From assembly GCA_951406725.2 (NCBI GenBank), contig OX597835.1, positions 19,840,001 through 19,904,000 of the forward strand: a DNA stretch of 64,000 nt, given 5' to 3'. Positions within the stretch are counted from its first letter, which is position 1. The number at the start of each line of letters is the position of its first letter. The notes under the pieces are model-generated. The model was not told the origin of the DNA. It worked only from the letters and a program-made list of their open reading frames with translations, and searched no databases. The position numbers and the translations under genes were made by a program. The DNA comes from Octopus vulgaris. Its lineage: Eukaryota. Shown here piece after piece: positions 13,991 through 28,030 of this stretch.

Positions 13991-14271
13991 ATGGTCTAGT
14001 GATTAGAGCAGCGGACTCGCGGTCGAGGGATCACGGGTTCGAATCTCAGACCGGGTGATGTGTATGTTTGTGAGAGGAAATACCTAATTCCACGCGGCTC
14101 CGGCAGAAGGTAATGGCGAACTTCTGCTGACTCTTTCTCCACAACTTTCTCTCACTCGTTCCTCCTGCATCTTGCAGTTCACCGGCGTGCCGTCTAGGTG
14201 GGGAACCAATACGTTGAGGAAACTCAGAAACCGGCCCTTATGAGCAAGGCATGGCTCGAGAAGGAACAAAC
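13991..14271 (+). mobile_element. tRNA-derived SINE with a family-A-like head and body but a different tail
   Basis: B box GGGTTCGAATCTC; CACAACTTTCTCTCACTC shared with family A; tail GAAACCGGCCCTTATGAGC...AGAAGGAACAAAC. Confidence 0.8.
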
Positions 14272-14699
14272 GTACTACGGTCATGTAGACACACCAACAT
14301 CCGTTCCGAAGTGATTGAGAATAAACGTAAAGCCCAAACAAACAGACAAACATGCAAGCACGTGCACACCCAAAAATATATGTGTGCGCGTGTGTGTATG
14401 TATATATTTGTTAGGTTTCTGTCAAACAAACTTATTCAGAATGAATTAAACGGTTCACGGCTATGGCAGATGTTTGTCGAATGTGCGTTGCGATGGGGAC
14501 GAAGAGGAAACTAGCTGGTTCAAAAATGAACATCCTAACCTCTTGGACTGTACAACACACTGAGGCGACTTAGGGGACACCTTATACATTCCCCTATAAA
14601 ATATAAAACTTTTCTACATCTTGGGTTAAAAGGATATTTTGATAAGTACTTAATTTACAGTATTAAGACAGAGAAAAGGAGAGAGATAAAGTGAGGGAA

Positions 14700-14738
<39 letters not shown>

Positions 14739-15864
14739 GATAAGAAATAAATTCCACACTGATCTGACCAGATTTCGTTCTTTTATATAGAGTTTTTGAG
14801 TTGTTCGATGTTTTTTCTCATTCGTTTTGTATTTTCGCCGTTCCGTTTGGGAATTTTTACCACATTTATTCGTCATCGCACGAGGAAGATGCCATATCAT
14901 ATATTAGTTCTGTGATGAAATGGAGCATTATTAAAAACTTGTTTGTGTAAGATTCCCTAAGGAAATTTCTCTTGTTATCCCCAGATTTAAGAAAGTATTA
15001 CTTTGAAAATGGATTTACTTATGTGCTTTCCCTTCTCAAACTTTTTTCTTAATCTTCCCTTATTTTCCGATATTTCAGGACCGAGGCGTTTCACGTAAAA
15101 AAAAAGATAGCGAGTAGTTACCCTGTATCATCAATTGCATGTCATTTGTCACTGGGCCTTCGACCCATAGCAATGAAAATATGCCTCTGTGACCGTCAAG
15201 AATCAGTATTTTTACCAAAACTATATTTACTGTCCCTGAAAAGCCCATGTCTGAAGTCTGCTTTGAATATTTTCCCATTGTAAGACAAATATTCTCCTAC
15301 GAGCCACGGGTCTACGGCTTCATCAATTATTTTCATTGTGACCCTTACGTTTTTATTACATCTAAACCTGACAAAGCGCAGATCCATAATCAGGGGTTTG
15401 TCTAACAATTTCGGCTTGTCTTTTGTAACCTACCCTGTGTTAAACACAGTGCAGATATTACATTAGCTTTCAACTGAGATCTTTTCCCCCCCCTTATATC
15501 CTGAAGAGATTGTTTGCTACACGGCGTGAGATGAAACTGAACTCATCGTTTTGGTAGAAAATCTGTTACCTCTTACAGAATTCTTTTATCATTATTTTTA
15601 CCTGTAGCTGTAATAGACCCCAAAACCTTCACTCTTCCTTTTGTGTTTTCTTTATACATCTGTTACATGGACGGATCTAACAATTTAGAAACGTTTAAGA
15701 ACTATTCCTGCGATTGCTCTTAGAATTACTGTCGCTGGTAAGGTGGCGAGCTGGCAGAAACGTGAGCACGGAAATTGAACACACTATTTTTGCGAGAGTA
15801 CATTAGGTTTTAAGTCTTGAGAACCTTAACGTTACTTTTATGGTTAATACCTTTTTGTTGTCTT

Positions 15865-16028
15865 AGAAGAAGAAGAAGAAGAAGAAGAAGAAGAAGAAGA
15901 AGAAGAAGAAGAAGAAGAAGAAGAAGAAGAAGAAGAAGAAGAAGAAGAAGAAGAAGAAGAAGAAGAAGAAGAAGAAGAAGAAAACGGAGAAGTAGTAGTA
16001 GTAGTAGTTGCTGTTGTCCTTCTTGTTG
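15865..16028. repeat. (GAA)n plus (GTA)n compound microsatellite
   Basis: Directly visible. Confidence 0.98.
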
Positions 16029-16236
16029 CAGTTGTATATTAAACTCACCGTAATTTACATTCTCTTATACTTTTAATTTTTTTAATTTTTGGTCAACTTA
16101 TAGGTTTAGCACCTGATACCATTCTGCAAATTATCTATTTTCAAGATTTGAGAAGGTTGAAATTAATTACATGCTAATATTATTCATTAAATTAATATTG
16201 TTTAAAATGATTGCACGGCAGTTTTCAATGCAATTT

Positions 16237-16237
<1 letters not shown>

Positions 16238-16307
<70 letters not shown>

Positions 16308-16425
16308 TTACCACCACCACCACTACTACAACTACTACTACAAATAATAATAATAATACTAAAACTATTATAACCATTAATAATAATACTAAAATTGTTA
16401 TAACCATTAATAATAATAATGATAA
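16238..16425. repeat. (ACT)n/(AAT)n microsatellite
   Basis: Directly visible. Confidence 0.95.
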
Positions 16426-16454
16426 CGAATGCATATGAGTATTATAATTGTTGA

Positions 16455-16665
16455 GGGCGGTGAGCTGGTAGAATCGTTTTGCATACTTAACAGCATTTTG
16501 TCCATCACTATGTTCTGAATTCAAATTTCGTCGAGATGGACTTTGCATTTTAAACTTTCATTATTTCCATAGTATAAGTACCATTTGAATACTGGAGTCG
16601 ATCTATTCGAATCAACCCCTACCGCGAAATAGCTGCGCTTGTGCCAAAGTGTGAAACCAATTATA
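16455..16665 (+). mobile_element. Old, decayed family-C-related SINE; a minus-strand fragment lies at ~16825-16945
   Basis: GGCGGTGAGCTGGTAGAATCG head, GTTCTGAATTCAAATTTCG B-box region, ATAAGTACC...GGAGTCGAT. Confidence 0.65.
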
Positions 16666-17292
16666 TTATTGATGACTGTTATCATTATTATCATTATTCA
16701 CACTTTAATCATCATCTTCATCATCTTCATCACACTTTGTATTGGTGTTGTTTCTGTGTTTATCGTTGTTGTTGTGCGTACCACGATGCCAACATATCTC
16801 TGGATTGCCTAGCCTACCGAAATACCCTTTTCTACTCTAGGCACAAGGACCAAATTTTTTTAGAGAAGAGGCCAGTCGAACAGATCGACTCCAGTAGGCA
16901 ACTGCTACTAAATCTATCGACCCCGCAAGGATGAAAGACAAAGTCGTAGCCTACCACAATATCGTGCAGTATTTAGTAGCAACTACAGTTAGATGCGATT
17001 TCGAATTTCGATGAATTCGGTGACACATTTCATATCCTGGAGTTAATAATGAAACCTGGTATTACTAAGACGATCATATCTTTATGTTAAAATAGTGTGG
17101 TTCTGGTTGTGTTTATGTGAGATTAACCCACCCTAGTACAAAGTCTGTGGTTTGCATATCACTGTACACGTACCCAATCAAAATATGTGACACTCAATTT
17201 GGTATACTCGATATTCATTACGTGCAATTATATAGATGCATGTGTAAGAGTATCTCAGCATATATCTGAGTTGTTTGATTTAGCAGACAATC

Positions 17293-17665
17293 TGGAAGCA
17301 CTCCGTCGGTTACGATGACGAGGGTTCCGGTTGATCCGAATCAACGGAACAGCCTGCTCGTGAAATTAACGTGTAAGTGGCTGAGCACTCCACAGACACG
17401 TGTACCCTTAACGTAGTTCTCGGGGATATTCAGCGTGACACAGAGAGTGACAAGACCGGCCCTTTGAAATACAGGTACAAGAGGAACAGGAAGTGAGAGT
17501 GAGAGAAAGTTGTGGTGAAAGAGTACAGCAGGGATCACCACCATCCCCTGCCGGAGCCTCGTGGAGCTTTAGTTGTTTTCGCTCAATAAACACTCACAAC
17601 GCCCGGTCTGGGAATCGAAACCGCGATCCTATGACCGCGAGTCCGCTGTCCTAACCACTGGGCCA
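17293..17665 (-). mobile_element. SINE family A with TSD
   Basis: Reverse complement of family A; TSD AGCAGACAATCT at 17282-17293 and 17667-17678. Confidence 0.93.
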
Positions 17666-17787
17666 CAGCAGACAATCTATTACATTGCTAAAGGAAAGCA
17701 ACGGTTACGTATGTCATAAGCTATTGTCAGCTGTGTCGTACCTTTATTCGATTTGCGGAGAAAGGCTGTCATCTAAATACTTAATAA

Positions 17788-17910
17788 GATGAACTGTAGC
17801 GAAAGAGCAACAAGATCATTGAAGTGAGAGACAAATTAGTGTGGTTATTGAAGAAGGAGCCTGTAGTACCTGTTATTATTGGAGCCTTGGGAATTGTAAG
17901 CTTCAGACTC
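17788..17910 (+). pseudogene. Decayed REL non-LTR retrotransposon fragment
   Basis: Frame reads ..KLVWLLKKEPVVPVIIGALGIVSFRL, the REL C-terminal motif; in-frame stop upstream. Confidence 0.6.
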
Positions 17911-18360
17911 AGACTCACAAATAGATTCAGAAGATAAGATTATTTGAATAATTTTCTACCCACATTCTTGAACTCTGATAATTCAGCCTCATATAAACAA
18001 GTACGATAATACCATTTTCTCTATTTTGAAGAAGGTGTTTCCCAATTTATTTCTGAAATTTCGTTCTAGCAAGAATATTTTTCAATATCTAAGGTTAACA
18101 TTTGCTTTTGATATTAATATCGATTTTCTAAAGCATTTCTCATTTTCCGATTGTCATATACAATAAGAATATTTTCTTTCTAAAATTGTCAAATTGTTCG
18201 CTATTTGTAGGGATAAATTTCTCTCGATTTTACATTTTTTGCTCTCTTTAGTTTGTGAATATTTATACATATTCCCCTTTGAATTCGATTTCAAACTAGA
18301 TTTAAAGTCAACATTAGTAGGAATGCCATTTGAACAGTTTTCTCCTTTTTGTAAATCAAT

Positions 18361-18367
18361 ATCTATG

Positions 18368-18448
<81 letters not shown>

Positions 18449-18565
18449 CTATGTATGTAAGCATATATATCTCTATGTATGTAAGCATATATATATATGT
18501 GTGTGTGTGTGTGTCTGTGTGTGTGTCTGTGTGTGTGTGTCTGTGTGTGTGTCTGTGTGTGTGTG
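18361..18565. repeat. (TATC)n then (TG)n microsatellites
   Basis: Directly visible. Confidence 0.97.
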
Positions 18566-19567
18566 TTGATTTGTTGAACGTATTAATCTTAGACTTCCTG
18601 CTTTCATGTTAAATTTCACCAAAGAAATTTCATTCTGCATTCTTCCTTGTTGATCTTTGTGATCAAAGGAAACGACATCATCGGTGTTTTATTTAACCGT
18701 AAGTCAAGTCTGATCTGACAGACATAAAACCACAAGCATTATAGCCATAATCTTCACGACCACATTCTTAGGTAAACTGTACTTAAGACGAAATCAATAT
18801 TCCTTCAAATACCTCTGTTTGGTAACATATGTTAAGGGAGAGCTTGTAAAACACAAAGAACATAATAACACCTCATTAAGACTCCATTGATTAATCTATA
18901 GTTATACAATAATACTAGTTATGAGCGAAAAAATAGAAATTATATGTATCAACTAATGATTATATAATCCATAAAACTATAATACATGTTTCGTTTTTGT
19001 ATTTGGTTTGCAAGATTCTTTATATGAGTTCGTTTGTTGAAGCATATTCTGTTTTGTCTGGGGAGAGTCATTCTCTTTTAGTGCCTTATTATTTAACACA
19101 CTCACCGGTAGAATTTCCCCTTTTATTTTCTTATTTTTATTTTCTAAAATTTTCGTTGCGTTTTGCAACCTTTTCAATAGTCTTGACTCTGTCCGTTATT
19201 TACACTGCGTTCCCTTTTAATACATGTACTTTCGAAACTATTGGATATATATATATATAATGTACCGAAGCAGGTAGGGAGAAATTATATACAAGATTCA
19301 CTACTCAACGCACTTTATCAACACGCTTGATCAAAGGTTGTTTTATAACAATGAGTTAGTTTACAGTTTTGTTATTGAAATAATGGTCGGAATCTTTCCA
19401 CAACACTGAAGCAGGGGTTTTCTAAATAAATACATGAATTTGTATATACTTATAAACACAACTTCAATAACACCAGATATTCACGTTGGAAATATGATTG
19501 GTAACATTACGAAAAATTATTAGCGGTAATAATTTTTCGTTGTATTCTACGTAACAATAGAAAATAG

Positions 19568-19815
19568 ATGCGCCCTTTTAAAGCCTAGCCAGGCTCACGG
19601 GCCCGATTTCCCGATTGCAATGGCGTATGTGTTCCTCAGCTGGACGGGACGCCAGTCCATCGCAGCGTTACTCATTTTTGACAGCTGAGTGAACTGGAGC
19701 AACGTGAAATGAAGTGTTTTGCTCAAGAACACAACACATCGCCGGGTTCGGGAATCGAAACGATAACCATACGATTATGATGCTGACACCCTAACCACTA
19801 GGCTACGCGCTTCCT
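19568..19815 (-). mobile_element. tRNA-derived SINE with CORE-like and V-domain-like body
   Basis: Minus strand reads TAGCCTAGTGG (A box), GTTTCGATTCCC (B box), TTGAGCAAAACACTTCATTTCACGTTGCTCCAG and TGCGATGGACTGGCGTCCCGTCCAG; near-TSD TATTCT(A/T)CGTA at 19543 and 19819. Domain names are from recall. Confidence 0.8.
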
Positions 19816-20139
19816 CTCTATTCTTCGTACTGTGTTCCAGATCCGCTGAGGGTGACATTAAATTTTGACCCCTTGGTGTCTATAAAACATGTACCAATTG
19901 ACTACTGAGGTCAATCTAATCGATTTTCAAACTCACCCGATTTTGTAGGCCGTGTGCTAAAATTTGAAAGCAATGATATAGAAAAGTGTACAAAACAATG
20001 TAATTATATATTATATATTGACATTTAAACGACTTAGTCTTAGAAAAAGTTCAAAAAGAAAGAGATTCATGGCTTTAATTGTCTGATCTGTAAATCCATA
20101 CACTTATGGAAAAATATTGCTGAGTATAGACGTCAGAGT

Positions 20140-20159
20140 GCATATGTATATGTGTATAC

Positions 20160-20209
<50 letters not shown>

Positions 20210-20251
20210 GATAGATAGATAGATAGATACACATATATATATATAAATATA

Positions 20252-20296
<45 letters not shown>

Positions 20297-20804
20297 GTGT
20301 ATGTATATATATATATATATGCATATATATATGCATATATATATATATGCATTTATATATAGGCAGAGAGAGACACACACACACACATGCAAGTATATAT
20401 AAGTGTGTGTGTATGCGTCTTTGTATGCGTGCGTATAAAATTATTATATTGTATGGAACAGAATCTTTAAATCCTCTCTTTAATTTTCTTGTACCACTCC
20501 GTCTGTTCGCACAATATTTTTGATTTGTGATGTTCTGCGCCACTCAAGAGATAAGAAGTGTATAATTACTGTTTTCCCCGCGGAAAATTTATCTATTTTG
20601 GAAGGTAATTTCTTCAATAATTTTGATAATACAAGCCATCTTTCTATATCTGTATGTGAATGTCCGTATATATATATATGCATAGTTTGTATCTACATAT
20701 ATATGTATGTGAGCATGCATGCATGTATGTATGTATATATATATGAATGTATGTATGCATATACGTATGTATGTATGAATGAACGTACTTATCTATCTCT
20801 ATAT

Positions 20805-20857
<53 letters not shown>

Positions 20858-20992
20858 ATGTGCGTGTGTGTGTACGCACACATATAAATATATTTCTATA
20901 TATGCACACTCATACACACACAAATATTTATAAAGATATGTGTATACAAATACATAAAAATATATATGTGTGTGTGTGTGTGTGCATATATG

Positions 20993-21074
<82 letters not shown>

Positions 21075-21075
21075 G
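20140..21075. repeat. (TA)n/(TG)n/(TAGA)n microsatellite field
   Basis: Directly visible. Confidence 0.9.
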
Positions 21076-21367
21076 AAGTATATAGATACGTATTTATGCA
21101 TCCATAGATAAATTATATATTACAAAATTATTGTGATGGCAGCTAATTTTTATAACAAATGTTTTAGTATTTTATTTTTTCTGAGAGTGTGCATGTGAGT
21201 GTGTGTATCAATGTGTATTTATATGTGTCTATGTGTGTGTTTTTGTACATATGCAAGTTAGTACATTTTTCTGTATTTGTTTCCTTAAGGCAATTAATGA
21301 TATTATTCATATCAGCGTTGTAATTGATGTTATTGTTATCAATTTCAATTTTTTTTTCTGCTGTAAT

Positions 21368-21421
21368 TATCATCATTACCACCATCGCAAACTTCCTCTT
21401 CGTCGCCATCGCCGTCGTCAC

Positions 21422-21468
<47 letters not shown>

Positions 21469-21805
21469 ACATCATCATCATCTTCATCATCATCATCATC
21501 GTCGTCATCGTCGTCATCGTCGCCGTCGTCGTCGTAATCACCATCGTCGTCCTCCTCATCATCATCATCTTCATCGTCATCCTCATCCTCGTCATCATTA
21601 TCGTCATCATCATCATTACCATCATCATCATCATCATCTCTACCGTTATTACAATCTTCGTCGTTATCGTCATTGACGTTGACAACAAGATCATCTTCCT
21701 CGTCATCATCACCATCATCATCATCGTCATTATCATCAGCAGCAGCAGAAGCTGCCGCACAGCAGCAACAGGAGCATCATCATCATCATCATCATCATCA
21801 ACACC

Positions 21806-21839
<34 letters not shown>

Positions 21840-21878
21840 TCATCATAATAACGATGATGAAGATCATCATCATCATCC
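21368..21878. repeat. (CAT)n/(CGT)n/(CAC)n compound microsatellite
   Basis: Directly visible; source of the poly-H and poly-M ORFs. Confidence 0.96.
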
Positions 21879-22331
21879 TGATATTATTGGTGATCCTCGT
21901 GATAGTCCGTATTTAATTACTATTCTGAAGCCTTCTTTCCCTCTCCACAATCTACTTCCACGGCTCCAGAACATTAAACCGTGTAGGATTAGTCGTGCTC
22001 CAGCCCAGACGCGACAATTCGTTAATCTAACACTGACGACAATAAATCGAATCAGTTGTTATGCCCATAATCCTTTTCCTGGTGTGGAAGAAGTTACAAA
22101 TGAGGGTCCGAATGATGCAGCCATTTATATTGAACGCGTTTTACAAATTGTTGTCCCATAATCCATTGGGAAGATATAACTGGAAAAGATGACCATGACA
22201 AGATTCGAACACGGTTCATTAATATCCATCACTAATGGCTGTATAGCATTGTCTCCTTGCAAAAACAGCAAAAACGAATCTGCAAAAAGAAATCAGCATA
22301 AAAACCATTTAATAGTATTTAGAGATGGTCA

Positions 22332-22341
22332 ATACTACTAT

Positions 22342-22407
<66 letters not shown>

Positions 22408-22557
22408 TACTACTACCACTACTAGTAGTAGTTGTTGTTGTAGTAGTAATGGTAGTAATAGTAGTAGTAGTAGCAGTAGAAGTAGTAGTGAAAATATGAC
22501 ACTAGCAGCAACAGTAGCAGTAATAATAGTAGTAGTAGTAGTAGTAGTAGAAGTAGA

Positions 22558-22589
<32 letters not shown>

Positions 22590-22819
22590 CCATAGTAGCA
22601 GTAGCAGCGGAACTAGTAGTAGCAGTAGTAGTAGCAGTAGTAGTAGTAGTAGTAGTAGTAGCAGTAGTAGTAGTAGTAGTTGCTGTTGTTGTCGCTGTTA
22701 GTTGCTGTTTGTGTTGTTGTTGCGGCAGAGTGAATGGAACATGACATTGTTTTTGCAGCTGTTGTTGTTGTTGTTGTTGTTGTTTTTGTCGTCCTGCTTG
22801 TTGTTACTAGTATTGTTGC

Positions 22820-22859
<40 letters not shown>

Positions 22860-22860
22860 G
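22332..22860. repeat. (TAC)n switching to (TAG)n, then (GTT)n and (TG)n
   Basis: Directly visible. Confidence 0.96.
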
Positions 22861-24115
22861 TTCGTTTTTTTTTTTTCTTTTTGTTTAGGTGTTATTGAAT
22901 GTTGAGAATATTGTAACCTGTAATAATATTGATAAAATCAATAATTCTGTTTGTTGAAGAAATAAATAATCAAACGAAAAAAAAAAAACATGAAACTATA
23001 TTCAATAAATGAAATAAAAAAAAAAATATTTCACTTAATTAAAGATGACAGTTTTTTTCCTGTGTGTTTTGTTTTTGTTGGTTTTTATTTCCTCTAGCAT
23101 TCCCCAATCTACCCCGACATCTTACTCCTCCAACTCCTTCGCCATACAATCAACCCCCTGCTATTCTATACATCGTACTGTTTTTTTTTTCTGTTTTTTT
23201 TTGTTTTTTCCTGAATCACAGAAACCTTTCATTGCAATCCTGTCGACACTGACAAATACTGTTTAGCATTAACGAAGCCGGATTTCTAATTAGCATTCTC
23301 ATTGAAGAATAACATTAATGCAATCGCAGCGAAGATCATCTTTGGAGAAGGAAGAACTGTTCGAACACCAGATTGAATGACCTCGTGTACACAAAAGACA
23401 ACTAAGAAAATCTCTAGGTGGTCGTTAGAAATACGCATGGAATATCTTGTAAACACCCAGCATCGAATGCGGTGAATGACACGTATTACGTAGTTCTAAG
23501 AACACTACCATTAGATAAAGACGTATTGGTCATCGCTGGAAGTTCGTTTGCCATTGCACTCTTACATCTGGAGTGAGCTGCGTAATCACGGGTCATCAAT
23601 AGTTTCTCCATTCTTTTTTTATTTTACTCTGCTTGAAGCAACTCCGAGTATGTTTGTAAGAACTTTACACCTCATTTAGAAATAAATTTCCCTATGTTTA
23701 AATCCATGTTGTTTCTCTGTACACATCTAGAGTAGAACACAGAAGTAACAACTAATCTCTTTAGAGATAAAAATAATGGAAATAAGAGGAAATGTAAAAA
23801 GAATAAAAATCCTTATATATTCATTCTAAAATTCAGCTTTCTCATCTGGAAAATATGACTATCGTATAATATTCTTAAGATCAAAGGACCGTTCTCTTTC
23901 AGTGCATATTCTCCTTCTGTTTGAATAAATGTATAGTATTTAGCCAGGATTGTATGAAAAAGAGAGATGCAAAGTATCGGTTTTATATAGAGTATATTCG
24001 TGACAGCATAAATAATAATCGTCCGAATTAGTTTTAATCCAGATTTATAATTTTTTTCTGCAAATGAATAAGCTATTTACCTTTCAACAAAGACAATGCT
24101 TATAAGCCAATATCA

Positions 24116-24206
<91 letters not shown>

Positions 24207-24342
24207 GTATAGACAGTATTAGTGCATAGTTGGCTGCGAGTTCGATTATTTATTGACGTGTTAAGAGCGTTTAGTTTCAATGTTTTACTCCGTTTGTGTA
24301 CTACTGCGAGGGGTTTGCACATGTCTATACACAGAGTTTCGG

Positions 24343-24384
<42 letters not shown>

Positions 24385-24386
<2 letters not shown>

Positions 24387-24599
24387 AACTATATGTTGAT
24401 TCGCTAGCCTCTGCACGCATTTTTTTCTCTCCTTTTTTCTTTCTTTGTTTCTTTTCTGTGTAGCTTTCTGTTGAAGAGCGTAGGCTCGAAACGTAAAAGA
24501 CTTGTTTTATTTATATTCCTGAGCGCCATACTAATACAATTGTTTGTTTGTATTCCACCTGCCTTCGTCTTTTGTTTATTTTCATAAAGCTTCCCGTTA
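24385..24599 (+). mobile_element. TA-embedded element, subfamily H1, with hammerhead-like motif at 24464-24499
   Basis: CTTT-CTGTTGAA-GAGC gtag GCTC-GAAA-CG-TA-AAAG; (TA)n on both sides. Confidence 0.7.
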
Positions 24600-26772
24600 T
24601 ATATATATATACATTGAATTAGAAAAGAGTAATATAACTCAATTGGCTGCTTGCTTGATTTGTAAGTAATTTAATGTAATAGACTATTAAGATAAATTCT
24701 ACTAATAATAATTATTCCCACAATTGAAATATTTTTTTTTATTTTGATTCGTTTTGTTTTTAGACCGAGTGAATTTCTTTTAGCAAAATGTATCTTCAAC
24801 TTGATAATTCTGCTAGAAACAGTTGTTACATATCTTTCACAAAATCGCACCTTGTCTTTTATATATGGGAACATACATGTATATCTAAAATAATCTCACC
24901 TTTATACAATCGATTTCGGAAAACGACCGGCGTAAGCACCCTTCATGATAAGCGTGCTCGAGCACAAGAAATATAGGTCTAACAGCAACCACAACAACTA
25001 TAATACTATTTACTACCAACAACAAATGAGAAACACTTAAAGTGTTCAAGTAATCTACCACTTTAAAGATACATCTAGTCACGTCGTATCATTGAAGATA
25101 TAAGATGTATGGTTAAATTATGGTATTTTCTTAACTGGAGCATCTTTATTCAAATATCTTCTAGATCAGGAAAGAAGAACAAAAAATAAATTATTGGTTG
25201 TGTGATTTGTTTTATTGAAATAATGTTAAACAGTCGCGGTGCTACATTCTCTTGCAAACAAAATTATTGTATAATAAAAAATGTTCTTCAAAGATTATGC
25301 ATCTCAAAAAATAAAGAGATATTGTCTTCAAATTTTCTCACAAGGTCAGCAATTTATGTCGATTGTATCAATCTCAGTGATCAGCTGGTAATTTCTCTCA
25401 TCAAGCCCGAAAGGGCAAAGTTATCAGAACGTAAAGACTGCCATTATGCATTTCGCCCTGCGTAGTAGCATTTCTGCCAGCTCGCCAAAGTTGCATGCGT
25501 TAAGTGTTGTACAGCTATTTTAAATAACAACAGTTTACTTTATGAATATTTGGCCTAGTTCCACTTAATTAAAAATAAAACAAGCATAAATTATTTCAGT
25601 TGCATTGATTTTTATATAGATCTTCTCATATGGATGTTGATTGTAACCCTGACCTCCGTTGCACCGTGATAGCCGATCTACTAAGGAAAATGATAAAAAT
25701 AAAATGCATTGCAACTGTCTAACCTTGCACCTCTTTACATCCCATTTTCCTCATTCCTTTAATTTAATTTATTGATACTGATGGTATTATTTACGGTCAA
25801 ATTTAATTAAAGAAAATTATGAACCAATTTATTATTGCTATTACCATTTTTTAACATAAGCCTTTTCCTAATATTACCTGTTCCTTTTCATTTTTTGCAG
25901 CATCGCTTTCTTATGATGAAGCTACATAATTTGATGTAGATTTAGTGGCTATTTGTAGCTCGTCGAGTCTATGAACTTTAAATACAATAGTATCTTATCT
26001 GCTAAATCCAGGATCAGTGCAATATAGATATTTGTTATTTCATGTCGGTTAGACAAAATCTAACACTGATGAAAATAGCTTTAGAATGTGTTCTACCCAA
26101 CATGATTTAAATATCGCTTTTATTCCTTTTTCTTTAATATGTTATTCAATATCACGACAAGCATAAGAAAGTGTTAAAGTAATGTACAATTATTATTCAT
26201 GGTAAATTATACTTTACACATATCATGTTTAAATATCATAATTGATATTTTAAGATATATTATCATGCTTCATGGCAGTAATATATATATCCAAATTCCA
26301 TTATGTACAGAAAAGTACTGTCCACTAGTAATGAATGAATATTGCAAACTGTTCCACGTCGTAGCTTGAACTCCTAAACCTCCTCTACCCTGGTCACCAA
26401 ATCTAAAAGAAGACCTAATACATACGATGCCTTGTAACAAAGTAATAAAATATACTAAACTAAGATGTGACTAGGAATGGATTATTTTTTTTAAATCTTA
26501 GTTCTTTTAGATCAAATCATACAGTTATGAACATTAATTGAAGTGACAATACAAAGTGGTTTAAAGTAGTGAAAGAGATATACAGGTTGTGAAAGACATC
26601 ACTGCGCTAAAGTCACAACCTGAGTCTTGAAAGGTTGACAAATTCAATAAATTAGTTAATGAATTATATTAACGCTAATTCTCCATTTTCTGTATTTTAA
26701 TTTGGATATGTTTGAACCAAGATTTATATTTATACCTATTAGATAAGGTATATTGCTATTCTCAAGAAAATA

Positions 26773-26913
26773 TTAGGTTGTCCCAAAAGTTCGTAAACAC
26801 TTTCGAAAATTGAATTTTTACTCGCCAAGTACTAACAAAAACAACAAAAAATACTCCTCAAAATTAAGACCATTATTTTCCAAGACTTTCTACGAACTTT
26901 TGGGACAACCTTA
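26773..26913. mobile_element. Mariner-type MITE (141 bp)
   Basis: TIRs AGGTTGTCCCAAAAGTTCGTA and TACGAACTTTTGGGACAACCT with TA flanks; TIR resembles that of 13115-13666. Confidence 0.85.
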
Positions 26914-27295
26914 TAATAGATAAAGAACCAGTAATTCATCGGGTATTTTCAATCCCTTAAAGTGCTTTTTTTAAACTTCTATTTAAATCTATATGTATTC
27001 ATAATTTAAGAATATCAAGTGCAACTCTTAATGAACACCATGAAGACAATAAAGTTTTTTGTTATCTTTTATCCTGTTTTGAGTCAGGCCGGTGATGATA
27101 CTCAGCACTATTCGTCTACATTTTCAACCCGACAACATTTCACTCATATTCGATGATATTGTGTTTTGCGTCTTTTCATTTTTTTCATGGCTTCTCTGAT
27201 TTTGGGAAGAAACATTTAGTTGATGCAGAAGTTTATAAGAGGTTAACTCTTGTTAACTTGTAATTAATATCTTATCAACAGAAGCTGGGAAATAT

Positions 27296-27389
<94 letters not shown>

Positions 27390-27471
27390 GAGTGTATTTT
27401 TACCTTGTTAACAATTAACACGGAAAAAATAAATAAATAGTTACCACACCTGCGTTAACTCCATTATTTTA

Positions 27472-27530
<59 letters not shown>

Positions 27531-27889
27531 GAGGCAACTTTGATTTATGTTGCTTTATGTCACGGATTCATTTCCATCCATAGTAGAGAGGGAAATGAAT
27601 CCGTGAGTGCAACATGTCAATGTGCCATTCATGTGTCAGGCAAGAATTTTATACACAAAGTACTGGTGGTCTACGTGATATTATTTTACTCTATATCTAC
27701 TATCTACCTATCTATCTATCTATCCAGCCATCTATCTATCTGTTTATCTATCTATATATGTGTGTGTATTTGTGTGTGATTGTGTGTGTGTGTGTTTGTA
27801 ATATATATATATAAGTATATATATATATCGAATCTAGCTATATGTCTGCCTGGCTGTTTCTCTCTGAATATATATATATATATATATAT

Positions 27890-28030
27890 ATTAAATTAGA
27901 AAAAAAAACACCTTTTATCAATTCAGAATGAACAATTAAATTACACCATATAGAAAATTACATATAATAGAAAAGTTAAAATTAAAAGAACAGTAAAATG
28001 TAAAGAATAAGTAAATTGCAAAAATAATAT
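27890..28030 (-). mobile_element. TA-embedded fragment related to the 35750 element end
   Basis: (TA)n-TTAAATTAGA...AAAAC start is shared with 35750; (TA)n on both sides; no hammerhead core. Confidence 0.4.
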
